NCBI RefSeq assembly: GCF_004324835.1
Contig: NW_021163190.1
Coordinates: forward strand, 255,242-319,241
Origin: Dendronephthya gigantea
Lineage: Eukaryota
Direction of reading: 5' to 3'
Length of the DNA stretch: 64,000 bases
Part shown: positions 24,201 through 36,200 of the stretch, in pieces
How positions within the stretch are numbered: the stretch's first letter is position 1
Layout: every line of letters begins with the position of its first letter
Program-made: the position numbers and the translations under genes
Notes under the pieces: model-generated
What the model was told of the DNA's origin: nothing
The model's input: only the letters and a program-made list of their open reading frames with translations
Databases searched by the model: none

Positions 24201-27200
24201 CTGTATTCTAAAAGCTAGACTAACGCCTGTATTCTAAAAGCTAGACTAACGCCTGTATTCTAAAAGCTTGACTAACGCCTGTATTCTAAAAGCTAGACTA
24301 ACGCCTGTATTCTAAAAGCTAGACCGACGCCTGTATTCTAAAAGCTAGACTAACGCCTGTATTCTAAAAGCTAGACTAACCCCTGTATTCTAAAAGCTAG
24401 ACTAACGCCTGTATTCTAAAAGCTAGACTAACGCCTGTATTCTAAAAGCTAGACTAACGCCTGTATTCTAAAAGCTAGACTAACGCCTGTATTCTAAAAG
24501 CTAGACTAACGCCTGTATTCTAAAAGCTAGACTAACGCCTGTATTCTAAAAGCTAGACTAACGCCTGTATTCTAAAAGCTAGACTAACGCCTGTATTCTA
24601 AAAGCTAGACTAACGCCTGTATTCTAAAAGCTAGACTAACGCCTGTATTCTAAAAGCTAGACTAACGCCTGTATTCTAAAAGCTAGACTAACGCCTGTAT
24701 TCTAAAAGCTAGACTAACGCCTGTATTCTAAAAGCTAGACTAACGCCTGTATTCTAAAAGCTAGACTAACGCCTGTATTCTAAAAGCTAGACTAACGCCT
24801 GTATTCTAAAGCTAGACTAACGCCTGTATTCTAAAGCTAGACTAACGCCTTATTCTAAAAGCTAGACTAACGCCTGTATTCTAAAAGCTAGACTAACGCC
24901 TGTATTCTAAAAGCTAGACCGACGCCTGTATTCTAAAAGCTAGACTAACGCCTGTATTCTAAAAGCTAGACTAACCCCTGTATTTTAAAAGCTAGACTAA
25001 CGCCTGTATTCTAAAAGCTAGACTAACGCCTGTATTCTATAAGCTCGCTCGCACTCAAACTCATTGAGTGGGAGGTCTTAAAATTCTCATAACGTTTCCA
25101 TAACGTTATTTTCAGTAGAATAGGGGCTTGATTTTCAGTGATTTACCTTCTGCCTCCAACTATTTAGAAAGAACTTTCTTATTGTCCAGCATTAACAAAA
25201 TATTTATGTCACACTCAATGAGATGAGTGTGAGTGTGCTTTTTGGATATGGGTGTATATCTCACGCTGCTTGTTCTAAGATTATTGACAAGTGTTCAAAG
25301 CCCAAAACAAAGAGATGTGCGTCCAGGGGCGTTACTAGAACGATGATTGGGGGGGGGGGTGAATATATTCATATATTCAGTTCTGCCCGACGGATTTCTA
25401 TTGTCAGCTATTGCAATTACAAAAAGAAATCCGTAGGGCAGAACTGGATATATGAATATTCACCCCCCCCCAATTATCGTTTTAGTTACGCCACTGTATG
25501 CGTCTTTTGTATCAAGTTATATCATCTTGATATGCGTTATGCCACCTTGAAAATATTCATCCATAAACACTGTAACTTACCCTACACCAAACGTGAATAT
25601 CCTGGTCTGAGCAAAGCCACTGGTTGCCAGTCTCAAAACCATCTCGGTTTCGGTCACGTGCCCATCACTGAGAACACACACGTTCCTCACGTGGACATTG
25701 GATCTCACCGGTAGTAGACTTAAAGCTCTTAAAATCTTCCAGAGATCAGTGGCTCCCATATCACTGGTGCGGTTCTAAATAGGAATGATAATGATTACAT
25801 GAAGTTTCCAACACAGCTAAAGTACGCGTTACTTTATAGTATTTTACTCTGTCTAATGTCAGATGATTTTACTCGTCAGTGGAAGAGTACTGTCAGTTAA
25901 TAAGTTAACAAAACTATCTGTCAGTGTCTCTTGTTAACCCATTAGCTTGCAATGCACCCAGATGTGGCCTTCTTTAGTATTTTACTCTGTCTAATGTCAG
26001 ATGATTTTACTCATCAGTGGAAGAGTAGTGTCAGTTAACAAGTTAACAAAACTATCTGTCAGTGTCTCTTGTTAACCCATTAGCTTGCAATGCATCCAGA
26101 TGTGACCTACTTTAGTATTTTACCTGTCTAATGCCAGATGATTTTACTCATCAGTGGAAGAGTACTGTCAGTTAATAAGTTAACAAAACTATCTGTCAGT
26201 GTCTCTTGTTAACCCATTAGCTTGCAATGCACCCAGATGTGACCTACTTTAGTATTTTACCTGTCTAATGCCAGATGATTTTACTCATCAGTGGAAGAGT
26301 ACTGTCAATTAATAAGTTAACAAAACTATCTGTCAGTGTCTCTTGTTAACCCATTAGCTTGCAATGCTCCCAGATGTGGCCTACTTTAGTATTTTACTCT
26401 GTCTAATGCCAGATGATTTTACTCATCAGTGGAAGAATACTGTCAGTTAATAAGTTAACAAAACTATCTGTCAATGTCTCTTGTTAACCCATTAGCTTGC
26501 AATGCACCCAGATGTGACCTACTTTAGCATTTTACTCTGTCTAAAGCCTGTCTAAAAAGTTGTTAAAACGTCCTTTGAACTTACTTTAACAAAAGCAGCA
26601 GCTTCTTTCATACTTTTCTCCGTCTTCTCAACACTTGACGGAAATAACTCCAACCATTGGTTTCCAAAAGCAACGATATTAAACCTAGCGTTTGCTGGTA
26701 GTTTGTTCAGGGCAAGAAGTAGAATTTTCTTTGCATTGTCAATAGAAGATCCCTGTATTGATAAAAACTCGATAAAATAGGTTTGAAAAATAAGAAAATT
26801 TAGTGTGAAGCTTGAATCTTCCATTAAACTGAACGATATGAAAGCCATGAATCGTTCCTACCTTCATTGAACAAGACACATCCAATAGGAAGACATATTC
26901 GACATTTTCAATCGGGTCTGCCTCGAATTCAGGGTAAAAAGACAACATACAAGCCTGGATAAAAACAAAAATGGCTGAAACGAAATGGCTGAACACGAAA
27001 AACAAAAACGTTTTTCGTGTCCTCATATAGGGGAAGCTTTTGGGTGGAAAAGGTGATTTTCATGAACGCGAGAAAAAACTCACAAATGCTTCAAAATCTT
27101 TAGTGATATCAGACAGTACAGTTTACAACTTTCAGAGTTTTCTGACCGTAAAAGTGCTGGACAAATGAAGCAAGAAAGAATCGCTTAATTTTAACATCAA

Positions 27201-30200
27201 AATTATGGTAATCGATCGAAGTTTGTTTCCAGAGTTTTCTCACCGTAAACGTGCTGGACAAATGAAGCAAGAATCGCTTAATTTGAACATCTAAATTATG
27301 GTAATTGTTCGAAGTTTGTTTCCTTAAAGAATACGACCAGCATGCAGATTTTCTTTATTAGAAAGTCAGAAATGATATTCAACCTGCGAGTCTGCGTTTT
27401 CGGGATGTCTCTCGGCCCACATTCGTGGAACGTGGATTTCCGCGAGACCAATCAACAATTGAAAACCATTGTCCAGTTTTTGACCTTCCTTCATCTCCAG
27501 AACCGCTTTTGTTGCTGTTTTCTGTAAGAAAGACTAGACATTTGAGTGTGTGCATGGTTGGTAGATAAGGTAGGGTGTAAAGGTGGGGGCACAGAGATGG
27601 GGGTGTAGAGTTGGGGGTACAGAATGGGGATGTAGAGGTCGGAGTGTGGAGGTGGGGGTGTAGAGATGCGGTGTAGAGGTGGCGGCTCAGAGATAGGGGT
27701 GTAGAGGTGGGGTGTAGAGGTGGGAGTGTAGAGATGCGATGCGGAGGTGGGGGATACAGATATGGAGGTGTAGAGGTACGGTGTAGAGATGCGATGCAGA
27801 GGTGGGGGTACAAAGATGAGGGTGTAGAGGTGGGTGTGTAGAGGTGGGTGTGTAGAAGTGGGGGTGTAGGGGTGGGGGTGCAGGCCACAGACCTTTAATC
27901 TAACAACGTGTGTAGGACAGTCCAGTGTTCTTATATCGAACGGCATCTCAACAGCAATGTGAACAGAAAGATCACAAGAATCATCATCACGAGCTTGAAA
28001 ACTCTGAAGAACATTCTATAGTACGGAAAACACCACAGTTAATTTAGAGGAAACATCAACTAAACTAACTTTATTTATACTGGATAGCTCTAACAGTTCT
28101 AAACTGTTCTTCCTAGAGATCCAGTAAGGATCATCTCTTATTGATCCAGTGTTACTACAGGAGGAAACCTAAACTAAACTAACTTTATTTATACTGGATA
28201 GCTCTAACAGTTCTAAACTGTTCTTCCTAGAGGTCCAGTAAGGATCATCTCTTATTGATCCAGTGTTACTACAGGAGGAAACCTAAACTAAACTAACTTT
28301 ATTTATACTGGATAACTCTATCAGTTCTAAACTGTTCTTCCTATGAACTTCACTATCGATCATTACAAAAGTAAACTATACGTAAAATCGTACTTGTGTG
28401 CTTTCTTTCAGCGCCTGATCACGTGACCATGGTGCGAGGGAACCGGGGAGACTGAACACTATATTCTCATCTTCAACAGCAAGCTCAGCAACGTACGTTA
28501 TTTTGATCAAGACGGTCGCTCCGGGAGGGATATTACCAACACTAACCGTAAACACATCCTGCGATGAAAACAGACCAAAATACATAAAATATTCTCATCT
28601 ACCGATGTTTCAGAATATCTCGCCAATTTTTTAAAAAAAACTACATGCGGACTACCAAACTTAACCAATGATAATCAACCGATTATTGGGGAAATTAAAA
28701 GTGTCAGAAAACCTACTGAATCGATATCAAAATCACTAGGTCTTGCTTGGTCGGGAGACTATGATTCACTTAAACTGTTTGTTGCTGAATCACTAAGGTT
28801 ACAGGGTACCTGGACTCAACCTGGCGGGGATAGAAAAGTGTTTAATTTTTACTAAAGCAATAAGATGATGACGTGAACTTACTGGCGTCTCCTCGTCCAT
28901 CAAATAAGCCCCATGCCCCTCGCTGATGGCTTTCTTGTACTCCTTGTGGGCTTGTTCTTTCTCCTTTACTTCACCAACGATATGTTTACCATTGATAAAT
29001 GCCTCAAAACCACACACTAGAGAAAGATAGTTTAGTTTAGGTTTCCTCCTGTAGTAACATTAGATCAATAAGAGATGATCCTTACTGGATCTCTAGGAAG
29101 AACAGTTTAGAACTGATAGAGCTATCCAGTATAAATAAAGTTAGCTTAGTTTAGGTTTCCTCCTGTAGTAACACTGGATCAATAAGAGATGATCCTTACT
29201 GGACCTCTAGGAAGAACAGTTTAGAACTGATAGAACTATCCAGTATAAATAAAGTTAGTTTAGTTTAGGTTTCCTTCTGTAGTAACACTGGATCAATAAG
29301 AGATGATCCTTACTTGATCTCAATAAAAAAATCTTGAAAAAATAAGAAGATTTAAATCTATACCAGCAGCCATGTCATCCAATGGAAAAACATATTTGGC
29401 TTCAATTGGTTTGTCACTTGAATTCTTATAAACTTGCATGACAACAACTTTCGCACAGAGGTCCAAAAGTTTCGCTCTAATATGAACGGACTTTAAAGGC
29501 ACCAAGGTGTCTCCATCAGATCGCAATCCTGGTTTCACTTTGGTCAGTGGATCTTCAAGAGCCTCGATATCAGAGGTTGTAATATTTGGAGCAAATTCTT
29601 CTTCATCCGATGATGACATTGCTTCCTCGTCAAGAGAAATTGCTGTTGTGGGTTCAACGAGAACATCTTCACTAAAAATTGTTGGGAAAAGAGAGATGCA
29701 AAATGTCTTTCTCTGAAGGCCAATATTTCTTGCAACTTGCAATGCAATTCTACTTTTGAGAGATCTAAATTTGGCCACCAGGAAACTTTTCTGTTTATTA
29801 CACTCCACGTTCGTTTCTTACACTTACATTTTGAATACTCTGTACTAAATCACATGTCTTAAAAGTAGGATTGCATTGCATTAAGTTGCAAGAAAAATTG
29901 CACCGTGAAACACAACCTCGTTAACGCACCGTCTTGAGCACAAAAGACCCTGGGAACGAGGTAAGCGTGTAACACGGCTTTGACCTCGCTTGAACCTCGT
30001 TCCCCGAGCCCACGATTCCTCTGGCGAGAAAACAAAGGCTCTGGGATAATCTGAACCGGTTTGTAACCGTTTTCTGTATTTCAAAATTGGAACGGCGTGA
30101 ACGACTAATCAGAATAACTTCTGTTCAGGAATTTCCTTAACAAATCATTCAATATATATTCTTTCTTAGTACGATACAATAAAAATTTTTTACCGTTAAT

Positions 30201-33200
30201 CTATACATTTTTCTGTAATCTCAGGTCAATAGCGATGGTTTACAAGCAAATTTGTGGCGCTTTCTTGCTATATGGGAAAGCGAAAATCTTTCATTAATCA
30301 TAACCCTGATTTAAACCATTATTGAAATATTTGAAAAATGATTGTTTATATTCTTGTTTGCTTCTACAAAGAATCAAATTTCTAAAAACTAAATGTTTTG
30401 AAATTTAGGAACCACTTATTACGAGTTTTGTGCCATAGTTCTTTGCGAAAAACATGCATAAAATTACATGATCTACAATTACAATGCATAAAATTACATG
30501 ATCTACAATGATACATATCTACAATCAAATATTTTGAATATCAACTCCAAATAGTTCATATTATGATTATGGCGATATTTCACATAAACGAGCTAATCAA
30601 CATCCTACGTCAATTTTCACACAACAACAGCAGTGGACATCCATCTTCCTTGAGACATTTCTGGAAGTTCTTCCCAAGAATACCTTTCAAAGTTGAAACC
30701 TTCAACTGACTTCAGCATTCCTTGCCCACCCCACCCTCCCAGGACTACAATGTTGTTTTCAATAACACCTGCAGTACATGTACTCCTCTTACATCTCATT
30801 GATGGCAGCATGTGACTTTGTTCTGTCTTGACATTGTATATGATAACTGTATTTAATGTGTTGCCATGTTTGTCATCACCACCAATAACAACAATGTTGT
30901 CTCCCCATCTCACAGTTGCCATGAGACTCACCTCATACGGCAGTGGTGACAACTGTTTCAGCTCATTCTTCTTTATATCGTACAGTACGACACTGCTGAG
31001 GCTGTCTTTGTAACCGCCAGTTGTACTTCCACCAACTATCAACAAATTATCATCAAATATTTCCATGCTGTGATATAGTCTTGGTTCTGGCATTCTTGAT
31101 AAGGTCTTCACAGTATAGGGAGGAACAAGCTGGACTGCTCTGATCAAGTCAGAGAAACCATTTCCATTACCACCTCCAGAGACTATCAACTGATCATTAT
31201 ACAGCACACTGCTGTGGTCTCGCAACTTCTCAGGTAGTTTAACAGCACAGTCACTCCAGTGTGTTGAGAGATCAGGGTTTGGGTCAATATTCATTCTAAT
31301 CATATCATCAACACTGCCAGACCCACCACAGTCACCCCCAGCTATAGTCATATGATTGTTATAAATAAATGAAGTCGCTCCAAATCGTTTCTTTGGCATT
31401 GATTGTAATGGTGACCATGTTCTTTGACGCCAGTTAAACATCTCTACAGAGTTAGTCAATTAACCTCCAGCAACAATAATATTTTCCTTATCACCACTTG
31501 GTCTATTTATTACTTTTCTTGTGTTTTCCTCTATCTTGCCCTCCATCGTGAAAAGAACGTCCTTCATTTCATCAAAAGCTCTGACCAAAGCTGTTTTCAA
31601 TCCTTTGACTTCGTTGTTAACCGCTTCGAGTTTTCCTTCCATATCTGATTTCATATCTGCTTTTAAATCCGCAGTATTTTTGTCTATTTTTCTCTCTAAA
31701 TTTGTTATTTTAGTTTCAATTGTTATATTATTCTGCGCCATTCTTTCCTCCATATCTGCCAAAGTTTTCGTCATTTCTCCGCACGAGTGACACTTCAACT
31801 TTCGGAATTCACAGACTTCATTTTCATGGTGAATAAGATCACACTTGTTGACAATTAAACCACAGCCTTGGTTTCTACAAACGGCTGGTGTATATCCACA
31901 TGTATCTTCATGGCGGTCAAGATGCTGTAATTCTACAACTTCTTGACAACCTCTGTCGATGTAAACGCAACGAATTTTTGATTCATTCAAATAATCTTTT
32001 ATCATTCTTTGTGGTTCGGCCAAAGTCTCTACGGTCAGTTCATCAGCACACGTTGGGCATGTTTCAGAATTTTCCAGATGTTTCGTAATGCAACAACGGC
32101 AAAAAGAATGCTGGTTTCTCGAACACATAACCGGCTCTTTCAAGACATTGAAGCAAATCTGACAGAGGAAATTTTGATTGATTTTGTCCACAAACCTTTC
32201 TTCATCGTAGCCTTGTATGTATGAAGCCATATTTCACGTCGTTCTTGTGTCGTAATAATAAAGCAAGTTCTGTGTTGTTTGTAGCTCTGTAGTATAAACC
32301 TCGCTGTATAGACTGAATATAGATACAGTGTTCGTTCTTGGAGAAGTCTGTGTATTTGCTTGAAATCTTTTGATCGGTTTAGAAAATGGAGACAAATATT
32401 GCTTCCCCTTCGGTAAGGTGTTTAAAGCGTCTTTATGAAAAAAAATATATTTTTGTCAGGTCTTGTGACGAAAGGTCATCACCTCTTGTTCAAATACTGA
32501 CTTGCAATTGGTTGTGTTTTAGTGTATATATTGGCAGGAATTTCTTATATCATTATATGGAAATGAGTTCGAAGAAAACGATACTTTAAACCAAGAAATA
32601 TCAATCATAATAATGAAATATTTAGACTAGAAATATCAATCATAATAATGAAATATTTAGACTAAGTCTAAGTACATTGTAATCGATGTTGATAAAGTCT
32701 GCATCAGAATTTGTCTCAAATCTTTTACAAAATCATGTGTTAAAACATACAAACTGCCTTTATTTTAAAATATTTCACACAACGCTACACAGACTGACAT
32801 ATATTTTGTTTAAAATATCGCAACGGGTGGTCGCCAGGCAATATTATTATTGGTTTCAACTGGTTTTATCAGTGAGGGTTTTTAATTGCAGTGTTTTAAC
32901 GTTTTAACAGTCGACTAATTCCTAAGTATTAAGACGTGTCTTACTGACGTTTGTCGTAGCTTATTTGCTAGAAAAAAATGTCGCCATTATGAAATTTTGC
33001 AACAACTTTGTTGCAAAATATCAGGATTTGTAATTGTTCAGCGAAATAATATATGAGAATGATATTCCTCGGTCTGTTGTATAAAAAGGTATTGAATCAC
33101 AATTGGTCAATCACAATTCCGTATTCTGTAGTTAACTACGATAATTATCTGTCGCATTGCATTGGATCAATCCTTTTATATAATTTAAACTCACATTCGC

Positions 33201-36200
33201 TCTTGTCAGCTTACTCCGTACAATGTATATAGCTCAGTGACCAGAGCTGTTCACGTCATCGCTCATGACGTAATGTTTGATTTCTGAAGGAAGCCTGGAA
33301 GTCTGGTAATTGCTAAATTCTTCTCAACTGTCCCAAGGTTAGGACTTAAAACTATATAAATTTCACTCGATTTTCCATCAACCAAAAACTCACACGTAAA
33401 AATGGTTCGATTCGACTCAAATGAAAAATAATTTTGCCATTTGTACGAGAGTTTTCCTACGAATTTAGAAATAACTTTGTAAGAAAGTGTCTTTATAACC
33501 AAACTTATCCATGCAAAAAGGAATAAAAATATTGACAATGGATCGTTTAGGGATTTCCTTAATAAATCATTTAATATTTATTCTTTCTTAGTACGATACA
33601 ATATGAAAATTTTTACCATTAATCTATTTACAAACATTTTGCTGTAATTTCAAGTAAATAGCGATGGTTTACAAGCAAATTTGTGGCGCTTTCTTGCTAT
33701 ATGGGAAAGCGAAAGTCTTTCGTTAATCATAATCCTGATTTGAACCGTTATTGAAATATTTGAAAAATGATTGTTTATATTCTTGTTTGCTCCTACAAAG
33801 AATCAAATTTGTCTAAAAACTAAATGTTTTGAAATCTAGAAACCACTTGTTACGAACTTTGTGCCATAGTTCTTTGCGAAAAAACATGCATAAAATGACA
33901 TAATATATCTACAACTAAATATTTTGAATATCTACTCTAAATAGTTCATATTATGATTATGGCGATACTTCACATAAACGAGCTCATCAACATCCTACGT
34001 CAATTTTCACACAACAACAGCAGTGGACATCCATCTTCCTTGAGACATTTCTGGAAAATCTTCCCAAGAATACCTTTCAAAGTTGAAACCTTCAACTGAC
34101 TTTAGGTCTCCTCCCTCACCCGACCCTCCCAGGACTACAATGTTGTTTTCAATAACAACTGCAGTACATCCCGACCTCTTACATCTCATTGATGGCAGCA
34201 TGTGACTTTGTTCTGTCTTGACATTGTAAATGATAACTGTATCAAATGCATTGTTATGTTTGTCAACACCACCAATAAAAACGATTTTGTCTCCCCATCT
34301 CACAGTTGCCATGTGACTCACTTCATACGGCAGTGGTGACAACTGTTTCAGCTCATTCTTCTTCATATCGTACAGTACGACACTGCTGAGGCTGTCTTTA
34401 AACTTGTGAGTTGTTCTTCCACCAACGATCAACAAATTATCATCAAATATTTCCATGCTGTGATATCTTCTTGGTTCTGGCATTCTTGATAAGGTCTTCA
34501 CAGTATAGGGAGGAACAAGCTGGACTGCTCTGATCAAGTCAGATGAACCATTTCCATTATCACCTCCAGAGACTATCAACTGATCATTATACAGCACACT
34601 GCTGTGGTGACACAACTTATCAGGTAGTTTAACAGGACAGACACTCCAGTGTGTTGAGAGATCAGGGTTTGGGTCAATATTCATTCTAATCATATCATCA
34701 ACAATGCCAGACCCATCACAGAGACCCCCAACTATAGTCATATGATTGTTATAAATAAACGAAGTCGCTCCATCACGATTCTCTGGCATTGATTGTAATG
34801 GCGACCATGTTCTTTGACGCCAGTTAAACATCTCTACAGAGTTAGTTTTATAACCTCCAGCAACAATTATATTTTCCTTATCACCACTTGGTTTATTTAC
34901 TTCTTTTCTTTTGTTTTCTTCTTGCTTGCCCTCCATCGTGATAAGAACGTCCTTCATTTCATCAAAAGCTCTGACCAAAGCTGTTTTCAAACCTTTGACT
35001 TCGTTGTTAACCGCTTCGAGTTTTCCTTCCATATCTGCTTTTATATCTGCGACAGCGGTACTTCTTGCCATATTCCTCTGTAAATTTGTAATTTTAGTTT
35101 CAATTATTACATTATTCGTCTCGATATTTCCCATTCTTTCATCCATATCTGCCAAAGTTTTCGTCATTTCTCTGCACGAGTGAGACTTCAACTTTCGGAA
35201 TTCACAGACTTCACTTTCATGGTGAATAAGATCACGCTTGTTGACAATTAAACCACAGCCTTGGTTTGTACAAACGGCTGGTGTATATCCACATGTATCT
35301 TCATGCCGGTCAAGATGCTGTAATTCTACAACTTCTTGACAACCTCTGTCGATGTAAACGCAACGAATTTTTAACTCATTTATAAGATCTTTTACCATTC
35401 TTTGTGGTTCGGCCAAAGTCTCTACGGTCAGTTCATCAGCACATGTTGGGCATGTTTGAGAATTTTCCAGATGTATCGTAATACAACAACGGCAAAAAGA
35501 ATGCTGGTTTCTCGAACACATAACCGGCTCTTTCAAGACGTTGAAGCAAATCTGACAATGAAAATTTTGATTGATTTTGTCCACAAACCTTTCTTCATCG
35601 TAGCCTAGTATATATGAAGCCATATTTCACGTCGTTCTTGTGTCGTAATAATAAAGCAAGTTCTGTGTTGTTTGTCGCTCTGTAGTATAAACCTCGCTTT
35701 ATAGACTGAATATATATACAGTGTTCGTTCTTAGAGAAGTCTGTGTATTTGCTTGAAATCTTTTGATCGGTTTAGAAAAGGCAGACAAATATCGCTTCGG
35801 TATAAAGTGTTGAAAGCGTCTTTTGTTGACAGGAATTTGTAGTATGAAAAAAGATATTTTTAACATGTCTTCATTGTCTTGTGACAAAAGCTCAGCATCT
35901 CGTATTCAAATACTGACTTGCAACTGGTTGTGTTTATATTGGTAGGAATTTCTTATTTCATTATATGGAAAGAAAAATCAATCATAATAATAAAATATTT
36001 AGACGAAGTACATTGTAATCAATGTTGATAAAGTCTGTATCAGAATTTGTCTCACATCTTTTACAAAATCATGTGTTAAAACATACAAACTGCCTTTGTT
36101 TAAAAATATTTCACACAACGCTACACAGACTGATATATATTTTGTTTATAATATTGCAACGGGTGGTTGCCAGGCAATATTATTATTGGTTTCAACTGGT

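Noticed and set aside
24170-25040. Regularly spaced short repeats (26-bp, 39-bp and 78-bp arrays) that superficially resemble CRISPR arrays
   Set aside because: The units are directly adjacent with no unique spacers, and they sit inside spliceosomal introns of eukaryotic genes. They are minisatellites
27379-27946. Long minus-strand ORFs encoding Pro/Thr/Ser-rich low-complexity proteins (PTPTPPLLHTHLYTPTSTP...)
   Set aside because: They are translations of the G-rich minisatellite. Only the first 41 codons (27893-28015) belong to a real PARP4 exon
22446-29671. VIT plus VWA exons as a separate VWA5A-like gene starting at the Met at 29619
   Set aside because: A strong acceptor lies 52 nt upstream of that Met, the ORF stays open through it, and its phase matches the donor of the PARP catalytic exon. 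The full BRCT-PARP-VIT-VWA order equals PARP4. Kept only as an alternative in the first finding
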